This document shows, in pieces, positions 1-8,778 of a stretch of DNA of 64,000 nt. The DNA is from Armatimonadota bacterium. Its GTDB lineage: Bacteria > Armatimonadota > Fimbriimonadia > Fimbriimonadales > Fimbriimonadaceae. The number at the start of each line of letters is the position of its first letter. Within the stretch, counting starts at the first letter, position 1. The stretch covers positions 89,474 to 153,473 of the forward strand of contig JAFDWS010000005.1 in assembly GCA_018268375.1 (NCBI GenBank), written 5' to 3'. The notes beneath the pieces were generated by a model that saw nothing but the letters and a program-made list of their open reading frames with translations, did no database searches and was not told the origin of the DNA. A program made the translations under genes and the position numbers.

Positions 1-1039
1 CGACGTGGCACCCCACGCAGTCGGGGTCTCGATCGTGCTTGACCTCCTCAAGCGTATGCAGGGCGAGCGCGTGTTTCGAACCCTTCCAAACCTTCGCAGC
101 TGCCGAATGGCACCGCGCGCAAGCTTTGTTGCCAGCGAATTTTTCGGTCTCTGTGCGAGGAGCCATGTCTAGGAGCTTTTCCTCTGTGACACGCTCGAGG
201 TAACGGTCGTACGAGCGGGCCACGTCCTCATGGTCGTGGGTGTCTGGGCCGAGCTGAATGGCGCGGTATTGGACGAATTTGTGGCCGTCCCAATCGATGG
301 AGACCGAGTACCGGCCCTTGGCTCCAGGACTGACCAGGGTGACCCCGTTTTCCACAATCGGTTCGGTTCGTTCGGGGGAGTCTGCGCGGTACACGATGAG
401 GGCCAATTCCGGGTTCGATTGAGCGAGTTTCCTCGCCTCATCGAGCCCAAAGTAAGCGAGGAGGACAGCCTTCTTTCCATCGGCTCGCGATTCTTCCACA
501 AGGCTTTCCACCGCCTGCTTCGTCGGGATCGCCGTTTCCCCCAACTGTCTCGCGAGTGCCTCGGGGTCTTCTACCACCGCCCCGATCAGGAACGGGCCCG
601 AGGCGACAGACCCGCGGGCACCAATCGTTTCTGACGCTTCCAGGTTCGATGACACGAGAGCATGGCCGCTCAGTCGCTCGACCGTCGAGAGTTCGCCACG
701 GGTCAAGCCAGCCTCCTTGGAGGTCAGGTTAACGGCTACCACTTTCAGCGCCCCCAAAGACTCGGCGAGCATGTCGGCTTTGAGCTCGTCTTGCCTCCCA
801 TTGCCACTCACCAAGCCTCCGTTGAAGACGATGATCGTTTCGTTGGCCCCTCGCAATTCGCGGACCCGCTCAGCCCAGCGCTTAACTCCTCCGATCATGG
901 GCTGGGAGCATCCACAAGGCGCCAGATAACCGAGAACGTCTCCGCCAATGACCAGGGTGGTTGTGGCGACCGGCTTGACGGGCGCCATCACCCCCGCTAA
1001 GAACAATCCTCCCGCCGCCAAGGGGAAGAAGCCCTTCAT
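1..1039 (-). CDS. multihaem c-type cytochrome family protein, N-terminal ~346 codons (gene runs off the left window edge)
   Basis: Absent from the ORF track because it is open at the edge. Manual minus-strand translation from ATG 1039..1037 is uninterrupted to position 2. It reads MKGFFPLAAGGLFLAGVMAPV (signal-like), then GDVLGYLAPCGCSQP. Two CxxCH haem-c motifs (CARCH, CVGCH) lie in the last ~40 codons before the edge. The ATG overlaps the upstream stop as ATGA. Confidence 0.7.
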   Translation of the reverse strand, partial: MKGFFPLAAGGLFLAGVMAPVKPVATTTLVIGGDVLGYLAPCGCSQPMIGGVKRWAERVRELRGANETIIVFNGGLVSGNGRQDELKADMLAESLGALKVVAVNLTSKEAGLTRGELSTVERLSGHALVSSNLEASETIGARGSVASGPFLIGAVVEDPEALARQLGETAIPTKQAVESLVEESRADGKKAVLLAYFGLDEARKLAQSNPELALIVYRADSPERTEPIVENGVTLVSPGAKGRYSVSIDWDGHKFVQYRAIQLGPDTHDHEDVARSYDRYLERVTEEKLLDMAPRTETEKFAGNKACARCHSAAAKVWKGSKHALALHTLEEVKHDRDPDCVGCHV

Positions 1040-2637
1040 TTGACGAGCGCGAAGACTGGAATTGAAATCTGCTTGTCCTTCGGATCGTCGGTCTTAACGA
1101 TGACGTTGCAATCGAGGCGCCCAAACGGCACCGACTTCAAGATCGTCACGGCGATGCGATAGTCACCGTCGCGGAACGGCTCGACCGTTGCTTTGACGTA
1201 CGGGCTGTCGCTCGAAACACCCGTGACCTTGAAAGGCTTTCCAGGACGAGAGATAAAGAAGTACCCGATCGTGTCCTTCTGAAGGATTTCGCCGAAGTAC
1301 AGCTGGTCTGGGGAAGCGACGATTCCCCACTGGATGTAGAAAGCCTGGGTGAGGGTCGGCGTGTCCTTGCTGTCGGTCTTCGCCACAAGCGTGATCGGGA
1401 TCCGGCCTTGCTTCTCTGTCGGACTCGCGAGCATCGTGACCTTGAACCCCTTTCTGGGCAGCGGCCCTTCACCCATTTCTGGGTCTGCCAATGTGCCTTG
1501 CCAGGGCTCATAGTCGATCACTCCCTTGATGCCGTTCAGGTTGATCCCCGTGATGCTGATCGTCTTGGCAGGATCCATGACCAGGTAGAAAATCTCTTTG
1601 ATCCCGTCCTGCTGGGCGATGATCGTGGTACCTGGCTCGGTGCGAACAAAGCGCCCGGGCGGAACCACTTTGGCCTTGATTCCAATTCGACGGACCGGTT
1701 GGTCGGGGTCGTTCGTGAAAATGACGAACGCCTTGTCAAATTTGCCCCAAACATTGGAAGTGTCGACGAGAACCTGCACGAGGCCGGTCATGCCTGGCTC
1801 CACAGTCGCTGGCACCATGATGTGGATGCACCCGCAGTCGGGCATGCCCCGAAGCTGCAGCGGCGCGTTGCCTCGATTGGAGACCTCGACCGTGAACGCG
1901 AGCGGGTCGCCCTGAGAAGCTGACTCCTTCGTGAGCTCGGTCGCGTTGACGAACACCTCTGGCTTCGTCACTGCCAGTTTCTCCTTCTTCGCGCAGGCGT
2001 CACGAAGGGCCTTCACGAACGCAAGGTTCTTCCTTGCCAGTTCGATGTCGTTCTTGCCCATTCTCAGTTCGAGCCGGGTCGACGTGTCGTAGCGGCCCAT
2101 GTATCCGACCGGCCGAGGCAGCTTTGCAAGCCCCAGATAGGCACCGATCGAGTACCCGACTTCGTTTTGCACGTTCCTTGGATCGCAATTGACGGGTGGC
2201 GTTTCCCTCTTGATCGCGATGACGCCCTCGACGCGGGGATCGGCTGGATCGTCCGACAAGAAATAGACGGCGCCAGCAGGAGCCGTCGAGTCTTCGCCCG
2301 GAGGGAGGGTCTCTGTAAAGGAGAGCTTGATCGCGCCCTGTTGTGCGACTTTGACCTGGAGTTCCGGCACCGCCTTCATCCAATCGTCCATGGCTGCGTC
2401 CCTTCCTGCGGCAAAGGGGGACTTGAGAAGGTCGGGGACCTTGCGGTCGTCCCAGCTGATGGTGACCTCGTTGGACGGAAGCTTCTGTAGCAACTTCTCC
2501 GCTTGGTCGAACTGCCCATCGGCAAGGAGCTTCTCCACCTTGTAGGCGGTTGCTTGGAACTCTGGAGAGCTCCCCGAGGGGATCGGTGGAGCCGCCTCTT
2601 GGGCGACCAGGGCGACAGCAAACAGGAAGGCAGTCAT
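1036..2637 (-). CDS. secreted DUF1573-like protein
   Basis: ORF 1036..2649. Preferred start is ATG 2637 (MTAFLFAVALVAQEAA signal-like) preceded by GGAG. The central segment NRGNAPLQLRGMPDCGCIHIMVPATVEPG resembles the DUF1573 CGC-containing beta-sandwich signature. Confidence 0.75.
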   Translation of the reverse strand: MTAFLFAVALVAQEAAPPIPSGSSPEFQATAYKVEKLLADGQFDQAEKLLQKLPSNEVTISWDDRKVPDLLKSPFAAGRDAAMDDWMKAVPELQVKVAQQGAIKLSFTETLPPGEDSTAPAGAVYFLSDDPADPRVEGVIAIKRETPPVNCDPRNVQNEVGYSIGAYLGLAKLPRPVGYMGRYDTSTRLELRMGKNDIELARKNLAFVKALRDACAKKEKLAVTKPEVFVNATELTKESASQGDPLAFTVEVSNRGNAPLQLRGMPDCGCIHIMVPATVEPGMTGLVQVLVDTSNVWGKFDKAFVIFTNDPDQPVRRIGIKAKVVPPGRFVRTEPGTTIIAQQDGIKEIFYLVMDPAKTISITGINLNGIKGVIDYEPWQGTLADPEMGEGPLPRKGFKVTMLASPTEKQGRIPITLVAKTDSKDTPTLTQAFYIQWGIVASPDQLYFGEILQKDTIGYFFISRPGKPFKVTGVSSDSPYVKATVEPFRDGDYRIAVTILKSVPFGRLDCNVIVKTDDPKDKQISIPVFALVK

Positions 2638-2675
2638 ATCAGGCTCCAACTATTGACGGGTCGTGCCCCGCTCAA

Positions 2676-3792
2676 TTACTCAATATAAGTGTCCCCGCTT
2701 GGCGGCTGGCGCAGATAGGCCTCCATGAATCCGTCTAAGTCCCCATCAAGGACGGCCGTGGTGTTGCCTGTCTCGTGCCCCGTCCGGTGGTCTTTCACCA
2801 TCGTATAAGGCTGGAGAACATAGCTTCGGATCTGCCGCCCCCATTCGGCCGGGCCAGTGTTGCCCCGCAACTCGTTCGCCTTCGCCATGTCCTCTTCTTT
2901 TTGGATCTTGGCGAGCCTGGCTGCGAGGATCTTCATCGCGCTTGCGCGGTTTTTGTGTTGGCTGCGCTCGTTCTGGCAGTTGACGACGATCCCGGAAGGA
3001 ACGTGTGTGATGCGGACGGCGCTCTCCGTCTTGTTCACGTGCTGGCCACCGGCCCCACCGGCCCTCAGTGTCTCCACCTTCAGGTCGTCGGGGTTGATTT
3101 CAAGCTCCGCCTCCTCGGTCTCCGGGAGCACTTCGACCTTGCAGAAGGATGTGTGCCTACGGTTGGCGGCGTCGAAAGGCGAGATTCGAACGAGCCGATG
3201 GACTCCGTGCTCGCTTTTCAGATAGCCATAGGCGTTCGAGCCCGAGACCTCGACGCTGACGTTTCTATAGCCTGTCACATCGCCCGGCGTCTCGCTCATG
3301 AGTTCGCATTTGAACCCCCTTTCCTCTGCCCAACGCATGTACATCCGAAAGAGGATCGAAGCCCAATCGCAGGCCTCGCTGCCGCCGGCCCCAGCACTGA
3401 TTTCGACGAGGGCGTTCCTGTCGTCGTTCTCCCCACTGAGCAAAGTTTGCAGCTCATAGGTGTCCAAATCCTTCAGGAACTGGCGCGCGTTCCGGTCGGC
3501 CTCGTCCTCCAGTTCTTGGTCAGGCTCTTCAGCGAGCAGCGCGTAAAACTCTTCGATCTCGAGGCGTCGTTTGTCCAACTCGCGGTACGGCTGGGCTATA
3601 CCTTTCAGGCGAGAAAGCTTGCGAAGGGTCTGTTGTGCGGACTCGGGGTTGCTCCAAAGATCCGGATCTGCGGCCCGGTCTTCAAGCTTCGTTAGTTCAG
3701 ATTCCAGCGCAGGGACGTCAAAGATGCCCCCTGATAGCGTCCAACCGCCGCTTGGCGTCGGACAGCGCTTCCTGCTGGTCTATGGTCAGCAT
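2676..3792 (-). CDS. prfB: peptide chain release factor 2, needs programmed +1 frameshift
   Basis: ORF 2676..3578 carries RF2 hallmarks (SPF tripeptide in RISPFD, GGQ in AGGAGGQHVNKTESAVRITH). A 24-codon N-terminal frame (MLTIDQQEALSDAKRRLDAIRGHL, ATG 3792) ends at an in-frame TGA. The +1 frame continues DVPALESELTKLEDRAADPDLW into the main ORF. Confidence 0.95.
3717..3732 (-). promoter_or_regulatory. prfB: RF2 autoregulatory +1 frameshift site (AGG GGG CAT CTT TGA C)
   Basis: The minus strand reads AGGGGGCATCTTTGAC. This is an internal SD-like AGGGGG three nt upstream of the slippery CTT followed by TGA C, nearly identical to the E. coli prfB site. Confidence 0.9.
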
Positions 3793-3865
3793 GAGGCTCG
3801 TTATACCTTTCCAGGAGAACTCGCGGCCCGCCGGGCCCGTCGTGAGTCTAGAGTAATGTAAAGCA

Positions 3866-5374
3866 ATGTTGAAGGCCATTTTTCCCTCGCTCTTACTCGG
3901 CGCTTCAATCGCGGCCTTGGCCGGAACGCCTGACCGTCTCGCCGACGGCCATGGATTGGCCTCGGAGCCGGTGTACGACACGACGTTGAAGTACTTCCCT
4001 CAAATAGAGGAGGTCCTTCGCCCAGGATCGCTCCGACCCCTCAACCCGAAGTTGAGCCCGGGGATCGCTAGCGGGCCCGCGAACAATCTGCCGATCGGAT
4101 CCTTGGTCTCGAACAGCCGCACGGATGTGACCGCGAAGTTCCCTGGAATGTCGAACACTGGCTGGACGCCACCCGACCCGTACATTGCCGTCGGGCCTTC
4201 GCACATTGTCGAAGTTGTCAATTCCAGTATCGCCATCTTTAATAAATCAGGCCAAAAGCAGTTTCAGCAGGTCTTGGACGGTTCTGGATTCTTCTCTGGC
4301 GCGGCCACGTCGAGCTTCGTCTTCGACCCGAAGTGTTTCTACGATCCGGGGTCGAACCGGTTTTTTGTCGTCGCGCTCGAACAAGACGACTCGCCTCAGA
4401 TCAGCGGAATCTTGATCGCCATTTCGGACGACGGAGACCCCAACGGTAGCTGGGTCAAGTACCGCTTGGAGGCCAAGGTCAACAAGAACGGGACGAACTA
4501 CTGGTTCGACTACCCTTGCGTTGGTTACAACAAGAACGGTGTCGTCATCACGGGGAACATGTTCTCGTTTGGCTCCAACAGTTTTCTCTTCTCCCGCTCC
4601 TACGTCTTGATCAAGAGCGAGCTCGTCGCCGGCGGCACAGTCCACTTCAGCTTTTTTGACCACACCGGAGAGTTCACGATTCAGCCCGCCAGGTGCTTTG
4701 AGGGCGTCACATCGAACCTTTATGGGGCAAGGATCAAGAACACTTCGACCTTCACGTTCTACGCCTGGAAGAACGCGAACACGCTGACGCCGACATTGTC
4801 CCAGGCGGATGTCACGATCCCGTCGTTTATCAGTTTCAACGGTTATGCGCAGAGCACGGGCGGCGGGTCGCTCGATACGATCTCTGACCGGCTGATGGAT
4901 GCAACGTTTAGGAGCGGCTCGTTCCTTGTCGGGCACACGGTCAAGTTTTCGCCGACCGACAACCGATCGATGGTCCGGTGGTACGAATTCCTGGTGAATT
5001 CGTGGCCCACGTCTGGAGTGGTGACGAGGAAGCAGTCCGGGAACATTGGTCTTGCCGCTCCTAACTACCTGTTCATTCCCGCGATAGCCAAGAACGGCGT
5101 CGGCGGGATATCAGTGATCATGACGCGCAGCAGTACGACTCGGACCGCCGATTTCTACGGCGTTTCCCACAAGTCGACGGACGCACTGAACACGATGGGG
5201 CCGTTGAGCGCAATCGCGAGCAGCTTGCACAGTGGCCAGCCCCAGAGCCGTTGGGGTGACTTCTATTGCCTCACGTTTGACCCGAGCGACTCGAAGAGGT
5301 TTTGGGCAGTTGGCGAGGTGCTCGACGGGACAGGCCAGTGGAGGACAGAGGTCGGGAGCTGGATCGTGCCTTGA
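3866..5374 (+). CDS. secreted hypothetical protein, paralog 1 of a tandem pair (possible beta-propeller)
   Basis: 502-aa ORF with signal-like N-terminus MLKAIFPSLLLGASIAALA. Several blocks are shared with the next gene: PPD..AVG.SHIV.VVN, DPK.FYDP...RFFV, ISDDGDPNG.W.KYR, DYP..G.NK..VV.TGNMF, W.TSG, RWGD. Confidence 0.8.
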   Translation: MLKAIFPSLLLGASIAALAGTPDRLADGHGLASEPVYDTTLKYFPQIEEVLRPGSLRPLNPKLSPGIASGPANNLPIGSLVSNSRTDVTAKFPGMSNTGWTPPDPYIAVGPSHIVEVVNSSIAIFNKSGQKQFQQVLDGSGFFSGAATSSFVFDPKCFYDPGSNRFFVVALEQDDSPQISGILIAISDDGDPNGSWVKYRLEAKVNKNGTNYWFDYPCVGYNKNGVVITGNMFSFGSNSFLFSRSYVLIKSELVAGGTVHFSFFDHTGEFTIQPARCFEGVTSNLYGARIKNTSTFTFYAWKNANTLTPTLSQADVTIPSFISFNGYAQSTGGGSLDTISDRLMDATFRSGSFLVGHTVKFSPTDNRSMVRWYEFLVNSWPTSGVVTRKQSGNIGLAAPNYLFIPAIAKNGVGGISVIMTRSSTTRTADFYGVSHKSTDALNTMGPLSAIASSLHSGQPQSRWGDFYCLTFDPSDSKRFWAVGEVLDGTGQWRTEVGSWIVP

Positions 5375-5472
5375 GCAAGAAAGATTAGAAGCAACGTAAA
5401 TCCGGCGATTCGGGCCCGTTTCGAAGTACAATAGAGTTCGGCGTGTTCCTCCACGCCAGGGGTAACAACTTA

Positions 5473-7491
5473 ATGAGCCTGACGCTGTCCTTTGGGCGCT
5501 CGAGTGTGGTTGCTTGTCTTGTTGCGTTCGTGGCTTTGGCGAGCGCGCAATCGGGCACCATTCCTGCCGCCAAAACCTTCCGCACGGCACCGGGTGTAAG
5601 GATGAACACGAGTTCCTTCTTCCCCCAGATCGACAACACGATCTCCCCCATGAAAATGGGCTCGCCAAACGAGTCTCGCCGAACAAACCGAACAGGGACC
5701 GCGAACAATCTCGGCTTTGGCGGTATCGGTAACAGTGCATCGACCGATCTCGGCCCTAAATTCAAGGGCATCGAATACACTGGGTACTTCCCGCCCGACT
5801 GCCACATGGCGGTTAGCAAGACCCATATCGTGCAGGTCGTGAACACGACGATCGCCTTCTACACGAAGTCGGGCACCCTGCAGTTCAAGTCGAACATGGG
5901 TCCGAACGGCTTCTTCAGCGGTACTGGCGCGTTCCCGGACCAGTCCGACCCGAAGGTCTTCTTTGACCCGATCAGCCAGCGGTTCTTCGTGCTGATCCTC
6001 GACATCACGTTTGGAACGAGCGTCACCGGCGTCTCGGACAGCTACATGCTGATCGCCGTCTCGGACGATGGCGACCCGAACGGGAACTGGACGAAGTACC
6101 GCGTGCACAGCACGGTCGACCGCAGCGGCAACCTCTTCTGGAGCGACTATCCCAGCTACGGCTTCAACAAGGACGCCGTCGTCGTGACGGGCAACATGTT
6201 CCCGATCACGCAGAACGCGGGCGTCTTCGCTTCCGCGTGGGTCTTGAAGAAGTCCGAGATGCTCGCGGGCAGCGCTTTGAACGTCACGCAGTTCAACGAC
6301 GACGCATCTTTCACGATCCAGGCTTGCGAGTCTTACGATTCGAGCCAGGCCAATGTCTACGGCATGGAGGCCCATACGAACTCCTCGCTGAGGATTTTCG
6401 CATGGTCCAACCTGACGACGACGCCAACGATGTCGTTCAAGGACGTAACGATCCCGAGTTACAATTTCGCCCCAGGTCGAGTTCAAGCGGGCTCAACGTC
6501 AATTGATACGCTTGCCGACCGAATCCTTAACTCGACGTATCGGGCCGGCAGCATATACGGTGCCCACTCGATTGCCACCGACGACAACAAGGCTCAGGTG
6601 GCTTGGTACGAGATCAAGGTCAACAGCTGGCCGACTTCAGGATCTCCGACCCTGCGTCAAGCAGGTCGGGTCAGGATCGCCGGACAGGCCACCTTCATGC
6701 CTGGGATCAATGTGAACAGTCTCAAGGACGTGTCCATCTTGTTCACACGATGTAGCTCTGCCATCCCGGCCGACGTCATGATCTGCTCTCGGACCAACTC
6801 GGACTCCCTTGGTTTCATGAGTGTGCCCAAGCAGATCGCGACAAGCACCGTCTCGGCACCGCCTGTCTTCCGTTGGGGCGACTACTTCAAAGTCGTTGTC
6901 GACCCTTCCGACGACCTTACATTCTGGGGCGTCGGCGAGTACAACCGGCCGGACACGCTCTGGACGACTATCGTCCAGAACTGGAAGGTGAGCACTGGCG
7001 GCAGCGGTGGGGCGCAAGATGTTCTCCCGAACAGCGTATCGACCCTTGAGGGCACGTTCGCGGCAGGCAACCTTGCTGCTGTTCAGACCAACAACGGGGT
7101 CACCTACGACACCGACACGGTCAAGAAGACGGACGGCAGCTATGCCACCGCCATTCAGACCACTCACACCATCACCCAGAACCGCCTTTCGGTGGCGAGC
7201 ATCGTCGTCAATTGGAAGACCTTTGTAGCTCCGTCTCGTACCCCGACCGGATACATCTTCCTTTGGAACTGGGACACGAGCCGCTGGGACATGATCAAGT
7301 CCTACACGATCAGCGGTTCGAACACGACTTACTCCGGCTCGGCGATCGGAATTGGAACCCGGTACGTCAGCACCAGCAAGCAGGTGAAAGTCATGGTGAG
7401 GGGTCTTGATCCGATCCGCAAGAACGGCGTCCCGCCGGCACCGTTCAAGCTTCGAACGGATTCGATCCGAATCCAGATCGTCGAAAAGTAG
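5473..7491 (+). CDS. secreted hypothetical protein, paralog 2 with ~160-aa C-terminal extension
   Basis: ORF 5443..7491. Preferred start is ATG 5473 (MSLTLSFGRSSVVACLVAFVALASAQ signal). It is collinear with 3866..5374 over about 500 aa, then has an extra Thr/Ser-rich beta-type domain. Confidence 0.8.
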   Translation: MSLTLSFGRSSVVACLVAFVALASAQSGTIPAAKTFRTAPGVRMNTSSFFPQIDNTISPMKMGSPNESRRTNRTGTANNLGFGGIGNSASTDLGPKFKGIEYTGYFPPDCHMAVSKTHIVQVVNTTIAFYTKSGTLQFKSNMGPNGFFSGTGAFPDQSDPKVFFDPISQRFFVLILDITFGTSVTGVSDSYMLIAVSDDGDPNGNWTKYRVHSTVDRSGNLFWSDYPSYGFNKDAVVVTGNMFPITQNAGVFASAWVLKKSEMLAGSALNVTQFNDDASFTIQACESYDSSQANVYGMEAHTNSSLRIFAWSNLTTTPTMSFKDVTIPSYNFAPGRVQAGSTSIDTLADRILNSTYRAGSIYGAHSIATDDNKAQVAWYEIKVNSWPTSGSPTLRQAGRVRIAGQATFMPGINVNSLKDVSILFTRCSSAIPADVMICSRTNSDSLGFMSVPKQIATSTVSAPPVFRWGDYFKVVVDPSDDLTFWGVGEYNRPDTLWTTIVQNWKVSTGGSGGAQDVLPNSVSTLEGTFAAGNLAAVQTNNGVTYDTDTVKKTDGSYATAIQTTHTITQNRLSVASIVVNWKTFVAPSRTPTGYIFLWNWDTSRWDMIKSYTISGSNTTYSGSAIGIGTRYVSTSKQVKVMVRGLDPIRKNGVPPAPFKLRTDSIRIQIVEK

Positions 7492-7505
7492 CCCAGCAAA
7501 CTGAG

Positions 7506-7539
7506 ACGGCCAACTTCAGGGTTGGCCGTTTCTTTTTTT
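7506..7539. terminator. intrinsic terminator hairpin between convergent genes
   Basis: ACGGCCAAC (7506-7514) pairs with GTTGGCCGT (7521-7529) around a 6-nt loop. It is followed by TTCTTTTTTT on the plus strand. Confidence 0.7.
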
Positions 7540-7540
7540 G

Positions 7541-7852
7541 TCAGGCCGATAGTTTCCGGTAGGCTCCTATGGCCCGCTTCCGGGTGCTCTCTTGGCCCTG
7601 CTCGCCGATCACTGCGGCACGACGGGCGTTCCAGTCCGCCAACAGCCGGTTTTCGAGTTCGGCTGTCTTGTCCAGCCAATCCAAAGCTTCCCCTGACAGA
7701 GGCTCTTGCGCCAGCCATTCAATGATGGCTTGCCTTTGCTTGAAGATGTCTTCGACGAGCGGCGCGTCGTCCGCCTCCATGGCCTCACCAAGCACGCATG
7801 TCAGGCAGTGGTAACGGCGGGCGAGCTCGACGGCGCTGTCATGCGGCTTCAT
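7541..7852 (-). CDS. small helical hypothetical protein downstream of fliS (FliT-like position)
   Basis: 103-aa ORF. ATG 7852 is preceded by AAGGGGA and embedded in the last codons of fliS (14-nt overlap). No motif recognised; composition suggests a helical protein. Confidence 0.6.
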   Translation of the reverse strand: MKPHDSAVELARRYHCLTCVLGEAMEADDAPLVEDIFKQRQAIIEWLAQEPLSGEALDWLDKTAELENRLLADWNARRAAVIGEQGQESTRKRAIGAYRKLSA

Positions 7853-8249
7853 TTTGCGTCCCCTTGGGTTGTCGAACCATCTTCTCCAGTTCTTCCCAGC
7901 TCGAACGAAGGTTCGAGAGCACGACGGTGACTTGATCTATCCCTTCGGGATCGTCGTTCAAATTGCACTCGACCAGCTTGTTGTAGCAGAAGCTGTAGAG
8001 GGCGAGAAGGTGCTGCGCAATCTCTCCGCCTTTGTTCATGTCTAGACACGAAATGAGTTCGGCGATGATCTTCTGAGCCTTCTGCAAATGCTGGTTCTGG
8101 GCGTAAGTGTCCTTCTCGGACATCGCCTTTTGCGCCGACGCCAAGTTCTTAAGGGCGCCGTCATAAAGCATGACGACGAGCTGCAACGGCGACGCACTTG
8201 TCACCGCGCTCTTCTTATACTGGTCGATTTGGAACCTGGCCCCGGACAC
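7839..8249 (-). CDS. fliS: flagellar export chaperone FliS
   Basis: The C-terminal 137 codons of ORF 7839..8498 match the FliS pattern: YKKSAVTSASPLQLVVMLYDGALKNL..A...KAQKIIAELISCLDMNKGGEIAQHLLALYSFCYNKLVECNL....LSNLRSSWEE. GTG 8249 is chosen because upstream codons overlap gene 8287..8745. Start uncertain. Confidence 0.85.
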   Translation of the reverse strand: MSGARFQIDQYKKSAVTSASPLQLVVMLYDGALKNLASAQKAMSEKDTYAQNQHLQKAQKIIAELISCLDMNKGGEIAQHLLALYSFCYNKLVECNLNDDPEGIDQVTVVLSNLRSSWEELEKMVRQPKGTQNEAA

Positions 8250-8286
8250 GTCTGACCTGATTATCGGTCGGTCCGAGGGTGGCCCT

Positions 8287-8745
8287 TTAGGGGTTGTTTG
8301 GCTCTCTGCGGTAGAAAACCAGGGCGATGATCCCAGCCGCCACAAACCAAGTCGGTGGGACGGCCCAGGCAAGCCAGTCCGCGTAGTCGGGTTTGGGCAG
8401 GTCTCTGGTGAACTTTCCAAGGAGGGTCTGCTGGAGCCGGAGGTGCATGAAGACGGCCCCAGCCATCGCACCGCCGAAGAATCCTGAAGCTCCTGCAAGC
8501 CTCAGCGTTCTGCCTGCGACTGCCCCCAGGATCATCGCTGGGCCGCACCCAGCGATCAGGATCAAGGTGAGGCCCTTCGTCGTGTACTCGGGAAAGACCG
8601 AAAATGGCCAGATGGTCAGGCCATATGTGAGCAGGCTGACGACGCCAATCGTGGTGCAGCCGGCCATGAGTTGAGACTCGAAGTCCTTCTTTTTCTGAGC
8701 GGGCTCCGAGACTGTCTCGTCCGTCTGCAGCGGTTCAAAGGGCAT
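8287..8745 (-). CDS. hypothetical integral membrane protein
   Basis: 152-aa ORF with about four hydrophobic segments (GCTTIGVVSLLTYGLTIWPF, LTLILIAGCGPAMILGAV, GFFGGAMAGAVF, TWFVAAGIIALVF). Confidence 0.65.
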   Translation of the reverse strand: MPFEPLQTDETVSEPAQKKKDFESQLMAGCTTIGVVSLLTYGLTIWPFSVFPEYTTKGLTLILIAGCGPAMILGAVAGRTLRLAGASGFFGGAMAGAVFMHLRLQQTLLGKFTRDLPKPDYADWLAWAVPPTWFVAAGIIALVFYRREPNNP

Positions 8746-8778
8746 GTTCCCGCACCACGCTTGGCTACGCTGAGAGTG

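Noticed and set aside
2775-3695. 306-aa plus-strand ORF antisense to prfB. Similar shadows occur at 5470..6486, 8671..9468, 19145..19930, 23189..24121, 29425..30327, 30513..31472, 43337..44179, 44167..45132, 46621..47316, 47958..48746 and 62393..63385.
   Set aside because: All overlap confidently assigned genes on the other strand and translate to Arg/Ala/Gly/Val-rich sequences without motifs.
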